28,452 nt of DNA from Spirogloea muscicola (taxonomy: Eukaryota), in NCBI GenBank assembly GCA_009602725.1, contig WELB01000016.1:931790-960241 (forward strand), read 5' to 3'. Positions 21,297-28,452 of the stretch are shown here, piece by piece. The notes under the pieces are model-generated. The model was given only the letters and a program-made list of their open reading frames with translations. It made no database searches and had not been told where the DNA came from. Position 1 is the stretch's first letter. Each line of letters begins with the position of its first letter. The position numbers and the translations under genes are program-made.

Positions 21297-24200
21297 CTAC
21301 GGCGGGCCGGGAGGTGGGGTGTTGAAGTAACTGAAGCAATCACTGTACGACCTCTGGTCAGCTGGCATGTTGTCCACCGTCACATTGATGCAGTTAGAAT
21401 AGATGTAGGCGACGCTCGCCGTTCTGGCTCCGGATGGGAAGCTGGTAAAGTAGTTGTCTGCCAGGTCAAGGAAAGTCACGTTGGGCAGAGATGCAAAGCC
21501 CAGAGGCACATCACCTGTCAGCTCGTTCACAGCCAGGTCCACAGTCACCAGGCTGATGAGCTGCCCATACGAGGGGGGAATGACGCCCGTCAGGACGTTG
21601 CCATCCACTGAGAAATACTGCAGGAGTGGCAGGGATGCCCAACCGTCGGGCAGTGATCCTGACAGTTGGTTGTTGGAGAGGTCCAAGAATGTCAAGAGTG
21701 TCATGTTAGAGATCGAGGCTGGCATCGCACCCTCAAGCAGATTACTGCTCAGAGTGAGGGTGGTGAGGAGTGATAGGCTGCCAATGTCGGCTGGGATGGC
21801 CCCGCCAAACTCGTTGAAGAACAGGTCAAGCCCTCCGAGGGAGGTGAGTGATGTCAAGGACGATGGGAGGGTAGGGACTACGCCCGTTGGAGGCGATCCC
21901 ACTGTGATGCTGAGAAACGTGACATGGTCGTGCTTGTCACACTGGACACCAGCCCAACTGCAGGTGCCAGTGAGACAGCCATCACAAGGTGTTGTGGAAT
22001 TCCAGCTATCCAGCAGAGTTGGGTTGCCCAGCGTGGCCTTGAGGTCGAGCAACGGCGTAGCCGAGCTTGCCGGCAGTGTGGCACGTGCAAAGAATTGTAT
22101 GCACTCTGTGTAAGGCCGCTGGTTAGGCCGATCTGCAAAAGCAGTCAATTCTCCCAGGCAATTGTAGTCGATCACAGGATTGACGGTGGACGGGAGGAGA
22201 GGACCAGTCAAGTAGTTGTTGTCAAGATGTATGAAAACGAGGAGGTCCGGGGATAAGATGGCGTCTGGAATTTGGCCCGTGAATTCGTTGTCATACATGT
22301 AGACATAGGTGTAGTTGGCAAAGGCGGCAATGAATGCGGGCACTGGCCCACTGAGGACGTTGCTGGCAACACTGAGCGATGACAAGCTGATGCAGCCCGT
22401 CAGCGTGGCAGGAAGGGCCCCGGTAAGTAGGTTGTCACTCACGTCCAGGATGCTGAGCAAGTCGAGGTTGCCAATGTCTGCCGGAATAGGCCCTGTCAGC
22501 TGGTTTCCATAGAGATAGAGGCTTGTGAGGAGGAGCAGCGTGGACGTGACAAATGCTGGAATGGGGCCTTGAAGGCTGCTGTACTCGAGATAGAGCAGCT
22601 GCAGACTTGGAATCTTGGCCAGCGTGGCTGGGATGACACGGCCAGGGGTGTAGGACAGGCTGCTCAGGTCGAGATATGTGACATGCCCAAAGTTGTCACA
22701 GCCCAACCGGTTCAGGACGCAGTTGCCTGGGCAGCCAGCGCAGGGCACAGCGGCGCTGATCTCATCCCAGAGCAATTCGGGAGGGTCACCCAGCTCGGCC
22801 TTGATTGCAAGTAGGTCTGCTGTGGCTGTTGGCGGGAGTGCGGCCAGCCCGTAGAAGGCGGCGCATGCCTGCCAGGTGCGCTGCCCATCCACGGTTGTCC
22901 CCTTGCTCACTCCAAAGCAGTTGTAGCCAAAGTATGAAAAATAATATGGGTCGGTAAGGGACGGTGCAGGACCAGAGAAGTAGTTGCCATACAGTCGCAG
23001 ACTCTGTAGAGTCGGCTGGATGCTGGCTTGGGGGATGTCTCCAGAGAGCAGGTTGTCGTCGACATCGAGCACGGTGAGCGATGGGAGGCCAAGGACAGCT
23101 GCTGGGACCCCACCAGATAGCTGGTTCGATGAGAGGTCGAGGTATGAAAGGAGCGGCAGCGAGCCCAGCACTGCTGGGATGGGCCCCTGCAAATTGTTGA
23201 TCGACAGGGACAGCGTTACCAGCGCCTTCAGATTTTCCAGGGACGCCGGGATCTCGCCTGTCAGCTGGTTGTACACCAGATTCCTGGCCACAGGTGAAAG
23301 CATCCTCAACAAGTCAACTTAAGGCTGAGCAGCTCCTATCCTCCACTCAAGGGTCACAAACGCCACAAGCACAAGGCTGTCCTGCTGGTCCAGTCGAGGG
23401 GTCTCTACTTGGAACCCAGGTCTCAACCAATTCTCAATATCTGAAGAGATGATAGAATGCTGGCCCACAACAGTACCCAGCTCTTTAGTAAAAGCCCTCA
23501 ACTAGAACTCGCACTGGTTTTGGCCTTGATTGTCGATCTTGAGCCCAAGTCACAATGTTGCTCACAGCAGCAGACCTCAGACATCCATAATGCATCCAGA
23601 CCATCTACCGAGCTCAAGCTTCAAGCGACTATTCTCAGAGTTGGAGGTAGACGTGGAAAGCATGCATGTCCTCTGGTTGTGGGCCTGCCAGTGGGCATGG
23701 AGTGGAGCCTTACAGGTACTGGAGATTGATGAGGTTGCCGAGCTCTGGTGGAATGGAGCCACTTAGACCAGCGAATGGCAACGACAGCTGCTGGAGGCCA
23801 GTGAGGTTCCCAAGGCTGGGGGGGATGCTGCCCGTCGAGAAGGAAACAACGTTAAGGTTGATCCCAATAACATAACCTTGGTCGTCGCAGGTCAAACCAG
23901 ACCACGCGCAAGTGCCATCTACTCCTGGAGTGCAGTCATCGCAGGGGTTGGACGTGTTCCACGTGGCCACCTGCACCGACTGGTTGAACAATGCCTTGAG
24001 CTCCAGGAGCGGGGTCCGCTGGTCGGGTGCTGGGAACGGCAAAGGCGGAGGAGGGGCTGCAGTGCTTGGCGGCGGAGGAGGCGCTGGCGGGGGGAATGGT
24101 GGGGGCGGCGTCGGTGGCGGAGGAGACGGCAGGAACGGTGGGGGCGGCGATGGTGGGGAGAGTGGAGGTGGCGGCGGTGGTGAGGGAGGCGGCGGCGATG

Positions 24201-24420
24201 GTGGCGGCGACGGTGGCGGCGGCGATGGTGAGAAGTCATTGGGCAGCGGTGGTGGCGGAGGCGGCGAAGGAGGCGGTGGCGGTGGCGGTGGCGGTGGCGG
24301 CTGCACTTGGGGTGGCAGAACAGGCACCGGTGGTGGCGGTGGCGGTGGTAAGGGCGGCAGCAAGGGAGATGGTGGGGGTGGCAATGACACTGACGGTGGT
24401 GGCAAAGCGGGCACCACAGT

Positions 24421-24454
<34 letters not shown>

Positions 24455-27400
24455 AGTGGCAACGGCGGCGGGAAGGAGGGAGCCCCGGGTGGAGGTGATG
24501 GAGGCGGCGGCAGCAGTGGTGGTGGGCTCACGACTGGTAGTGGTGGTGGAGACAAGGGGACGCCGACTGGCAGAGGGGGCGAGGGGGGAGGTGGCAGGAG
24601 CGTTGGCACCACCGTAGGCGGTGGCGGCGGTGGACGTAGGCCTGGCGGCAGCAGTGTGAGCGGCGCCGATCCGGGAGGAGGTGATGACAGAGACGGCGGG
24701 GCTGGCGGCGGCGGCGACTCCGTGGGAGGCGGCGATGGTGGTGGAGTTGACTGCGACGGTGACGGCGGCAGCAGTGGCGGCGGCGGCGGTGGCGGCAGCG
24801 GCGGCGGAAGCGCACCTGCTACGGCAGCAGACGGTAGCGGAGTGAGCTGCAGCTAGTGATTCTTGCAGTGAGGCGTACATCCTGATGCTCTAGCACATGC
24901 AATCTAAGCAACAGCTTAGCAAAGTCCATCAACTTCTCTGACGCCGCGCAGAATCATCCAGATACGAGGGTATCCATCTTTGCCACTTGCACACCAACAT
25001 GTACCTTCTGTGACCTGTGATCAAGTTTTCTCACCAGGTGGCGGCGGGGCAAATGACTGGCACCGACCACTGCTGCAGTCCTCGCCAATGATGACATCGA
25101 CGGTCGTATTCGGCGGCGGCTTGCCAACGAAGAAGTTGTCTGCGTAGTTGAAGAGCTGCAAGCGACAAAGAGGACATGGGCTGACTACGTGACATGCGAG
25201 TTTCACTTATCAGGAGGCAGCAAACACACTTGGCCTCGATTGACCAGGCTCTTCTGTGCAACAATGGGAGAAAGGTCAGGCTCCCAGATTTGTTGACCCT
25301 AGTTGAGCCAAAAGCAGGTCAGGCAAGCATGCAGTCGTGTGAGATGCACCCATCTAACAGCTTCCTGCTTCTTGGGTGCACTATCAAAGAGCAGCACCTG
25401 GAGATTGGGGAGGAAGAACACTGCTGAGGTGGTGATATTGCCAGCGAAACGGTTGCCCGAGATATCCAGCTGGCAAGACACAATCAGCGCCGCAAGTGTC
25501 GTCAAGACTGTGCATGGTGGGGGTGGCTGCTACTAGATGGGTTGCAGGCAGTCAGCTACTGGTCTTACCCGGACAAGGCTTGTCAGGTTGGAGATGCTGG
25601 GGGGGAGACTCCCATCGAGGCGGTTACCAGCGATGTTGATTACCACAGTGAAACTAAGCTGCCCAATGGATGCGGGGAGGCTGCCAACGAGGCCGTTGTT
25701 GAGCAGCAGGAGTTCCGACAGCGTCGGAGCGAGTTGCCCGATGCTGGCAGGAATGGGGCCACTGAGCGTATTGCGGGCCAGGACCGCGAGCGAAACAGGA
25801 AGCAGTCCCAGGCTGTCTGGGATCCGTTGCGTTAAGCTGTTGTCATTGACGGCGAGCACGTCTAGGCTTGTGCGGAAGAGTGACGGAGGCAGTGTGCCAG
25901 TGAAGCTGTTGAAGCGGAGGTCCAGAAACCGCAGGGCCGGGAGCGTGGTGACCCACAGCGGCAGCGGACCTGACAGGAGGTTCAGCGAAAAGTCGATCTC
26001 TGTGAGCAAGGTGAGCGCGCTCAGGTCTGGGAGCGTGCCGATGAAGAGGTTCTGGCTTGCATGGATGAACCCCAAGTCCTGCGCACAGTGGCCAGCAGGA
26101 GCAGGGTCAGAGCCACACGAACATGCACCACGCAGGTCGACATTACAAGGACTGTCCCTCCCTCTACTCACCCTCCCTCCAGCCTCTGCTACTCTCCGCT
26201 GCTCCCTTCCCTCTAGCCGGCCTGGTGCCTCTCACTCTCCCTGCTCCTCAACCTCCCACCACTCTTCCTATCTGTCCTTGCCAACTGGTCCATCGTGCTG
26301 ATGATTGAGGCCGCGCTGGCAGACATAATACCCGGACACTACCAGGTTACTAAGCACTCAGACGACAGTTTTTCTGTGGGCTTCTGCAGACCGGCAACCA
26401 CGCTTGCTCGGGAAATAGCTCCTAGTGTTTCTCACCACGAGATTGCGCAGAAAGCGCGGGACGTAGCCGCGCAGGCCGAAGCCGTTGAGGTCCAGGCCAG
26501 TGACGACCAGCTGTGTCCGCGCCGCCGCAGCTTTGACCGCCAGTGTGGCCCCAAATGCTGACGCCTCCGCTGGAACACCCATGGCGGCCACCGTCTGGTC
26601 CTCACAGAAGACGCCAGTCCAGCTGGAGGCGCATGGTGTGGCACCAACCCAGTTGGTGAGGTAGCCGCGGGGGTCGCGCACGGCGGCCTTGAATGCCAGC
26701 AGCGAGGCCGCTGCTTGGGCCTGCTTGCTGATAGATGGAGGGGGTGGGGAGGCTTTCTTTGGGGGAGAAGGGAAGGTCCGCCTTGGAGGAGGGGGGGACG
26801 GCCTCCTCAGCGGCGGTGATGGACGTCGGCCACTCGGCGGGGAGGTCTTGGGTGGCGGAGGTGAGCCTGGCTTTGGCGGCGAGCGTGGCTTGGGTGGAGG
26901 CGACCGGCGGGGAGGTGAGGGTGGCGGCTGTCGCTTGGGTGGCGGTGACCTCCTTGGTGGTGGCGGCATACGCGACTTGGGTGGCGGCGGCCTCCTTGGT
27001 GGCGGTAGCGGCCGCAGCGGCTGGGAGTAGCACGCCAGCAGCAAGCCACGTCAGTGCCTGCCACCTTTCCCACTATCAGTCACCGATGCTGGCCACACTG
27101 GCCAGGCTTGGGGTTCGTGACTCCGTAGCTTGGAGATGGCAGCAAGGTGGAGGGCCCTTACCGGACAGCGGACATGGTGGCGACCGGGGTGGTGGTTGCA
27201 GCTGTGCCGCGGGCTTCCGTCGTGCTTTGAGCTCCTCGACTTCTTCTTCTTCTTCTTTGACTTCTTCTTCTTCTTCTTGGACTCCGCCATATGCCGTCGC
27301 TTGCTCGCACCGCTGGCCCTAAGGGCGCGGCCTCTGGCTGGCAGCGCCATAGGGAGCCCCTGAGGAGCGGCGACGAGTGACGCCGGCACTGCAGCGCTGC

Positions 27401-28452
27401 AGGCTGCCTGCGAGCAGATGAAAGGCGCTGCCCCGGCACACGCCGCTGGAGATAGGCCAGGGCGGCCCGCACCGGCAGCTGGCACCACACGAGCGCAGCT
27501 GCTTGCTGCCGCCGCCATGGAGGCGGCCACCAGCCGCAGCTCGTCCTGCCTCCACCACATCCGCGGCACCGCTGCGTGCCAGCCACCACCACTCATAGCC
27601 TTAGCGGCGGCGGCAGCGGCGGCAAACACCCTTGCATATCTTCAACAGTAAGTGCCGTCGCCCACAGTTGTTGCAGAAATGTTCTGCAATTTCTGCAGCT
27701 TCTTCTTACCATTACTACGTTTCCGGCGACAGGCAGCAGCACTCTGTGACGGCCAGCCACAGAGTGTCCAGCTCGCGGCCAGTCGGGCACAGGTCGGGGA
27801 CAGAGAGAGCTCACCGATCGCTGTGAAGGCGGGCGACGGCTGCGGCGCAGCCAGCCACAGGTCCGCCGAGAAGGCGGCGCAGCGCTCAGCCCACAGCCAT
27901 GGCGGCCCTGTGGCTCAAGCAGGAGCCATTGTGGGTCCTCAGCAATACAAGCTTGGGCAGCGCGAGCTGTGGGCAGCCGCGCTATGGGGGTGTCACAGCA
28001 CCTGGAGCTGAAGCTCGAGTTGCGCCCACGAGGCACCCGCCGGCGCCGCCGCCGTCGGAAAGAGCCCGGCACAGCGCCGCCGCGTCCTCCAGCGCCGCCC
28101 TGCCAAGGAGCGTCGCCAGGCGGCCGCCGCGGCGCTGCCACACACACGCAGACGAGGGCGTACCGTCAGCGGCGACGCCGGAGACGGCCGCGCCAGTGGC
28201 GGCAATGGCGGCCACGGCGCGGCAGCGCCATTGGCAGCATCGCAGTGGAAGCCATGAGCTTCAGAAGGCTGCCAACGCGCCGAGACGGCAGCCGCCTCGA
28301 GATGCGCTGGCAGGACTCAAACCCGAGCCCTCAAAGCCGGGCCCCGAGCTCGCTGCCGGACCTGGCACTCGGCGTCGGCCTGCGCGAACGTCGCCGGGCC
28401 GCGCGCCGCCGCCAGGCAGGCCCCAGACCGCGGCCCCCGAGCGAAGCCCGCC
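21297..28452 (-). CDS. Paralog C: apparently intact secreted C-type-lectin / Pro-rich / LRX-type multi-LRR protein (~1,700 aa; start codon outside the window)
   Basis: Exons: >28452-28362, 28134-28002, 27907-27815, 27571-27162, 27020-26436, 26078-25569, 25469-25398, 25155-25035, 24815-23714, 23283-21297. All introns are GT-AG, with phases 0,1,1,0,0,0,0,1,2 that keep one frame and match paralog B. No transmembrane or kinase segment seen. Confidence 0.85.
25035..26710 (-). other. LRX/PEX-type LRR domain with N-terminal cap (within paralog C)
   Basis: Cap SLLAFKAAVRDPRGYLTNWVGATPC..WTGVFC, then VTGLDLNG...LPALRFLDLRFNSFTGTLPPSLF..LDVLAVNDN...PVSLAVLARN...LFNYADNFFVG. This follows the land-plant LRX pattern from memory (LPSLKFLDLRFNEFEG, LDAIFINHN, PVSVIVLANN, FTYSYNFFTG). 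Confidence 0.8.
27400..28452 (-). other. C-type-lectin-like domain (within paralog C, exons 1-4)
   Basis: GF......GACL......TFAQADAECQ|RRGGRLATL......GCLVGA.....PWLWAE......CARVV......C....PFICS has the C-type lectin cysteine and aromatic spacing. No EPN or QPD Ca2+/sugar motif is evident. Confidence 0.7.

Noticed and set aside
23912..24856. Long Gly-rich + strand ORFs (also 3767-4411, 6477-7124, 26689-27030)
   Set aside because: They are antisense shadows of the Pro-rich exons; the splice signals and LRR homology are on the minus strand.
26340..26400. ggttactaag...gggcttctgcagacc in intron 5 of paralog C as another retroposon end
   Set aside because: The hairpin is incomplete, with no tail or TSD, so it could be chance.

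Overview
This is GC-rich eukaryotic DNA with GT-AG introns, most likely from a streptophyte green alga or early plant (inferred from the LRX-type LRR domains). The minus strand carries three tandem paralogs of a giant (~1,700 aa), 10-exon secreted protein. Its order is: signal peptide, C-type-lectin-like domain, RRxL/M motif plus Lys/His-rich segment, basic Pro-rich spacer, LRR-extensin (LRX)-type LRR domain, long Pro-rich stalk, then 2-3 more capped LRR modules. Copy A (1-378) runs off the left edge. Copy B (1707-8176) is a pseudogene with four frameshifts. Copy C (21297 to beyond 28452) splices into an intact frame. The ~13 kb between B and C is mostly mobile DNA: a decayed Ty3/Gypsy chromovirus (10241-14832), two minisatellites, and about 18 short 5'-truncated 3' ends of a restriction-like-endonuclease (CRE/R2-group-like) non-LTR retroelement. 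These 3' ends share a GGGCTGG-CAGCCC hairpin, a second hairpin and a (CTT)n-like tail. They repeatedly insert at (T)CTCCT/CCT sites with target-site duplications (TSDs), often inside one another's hairpins. All coordinates, splice sites and alignments were worked out by eye.
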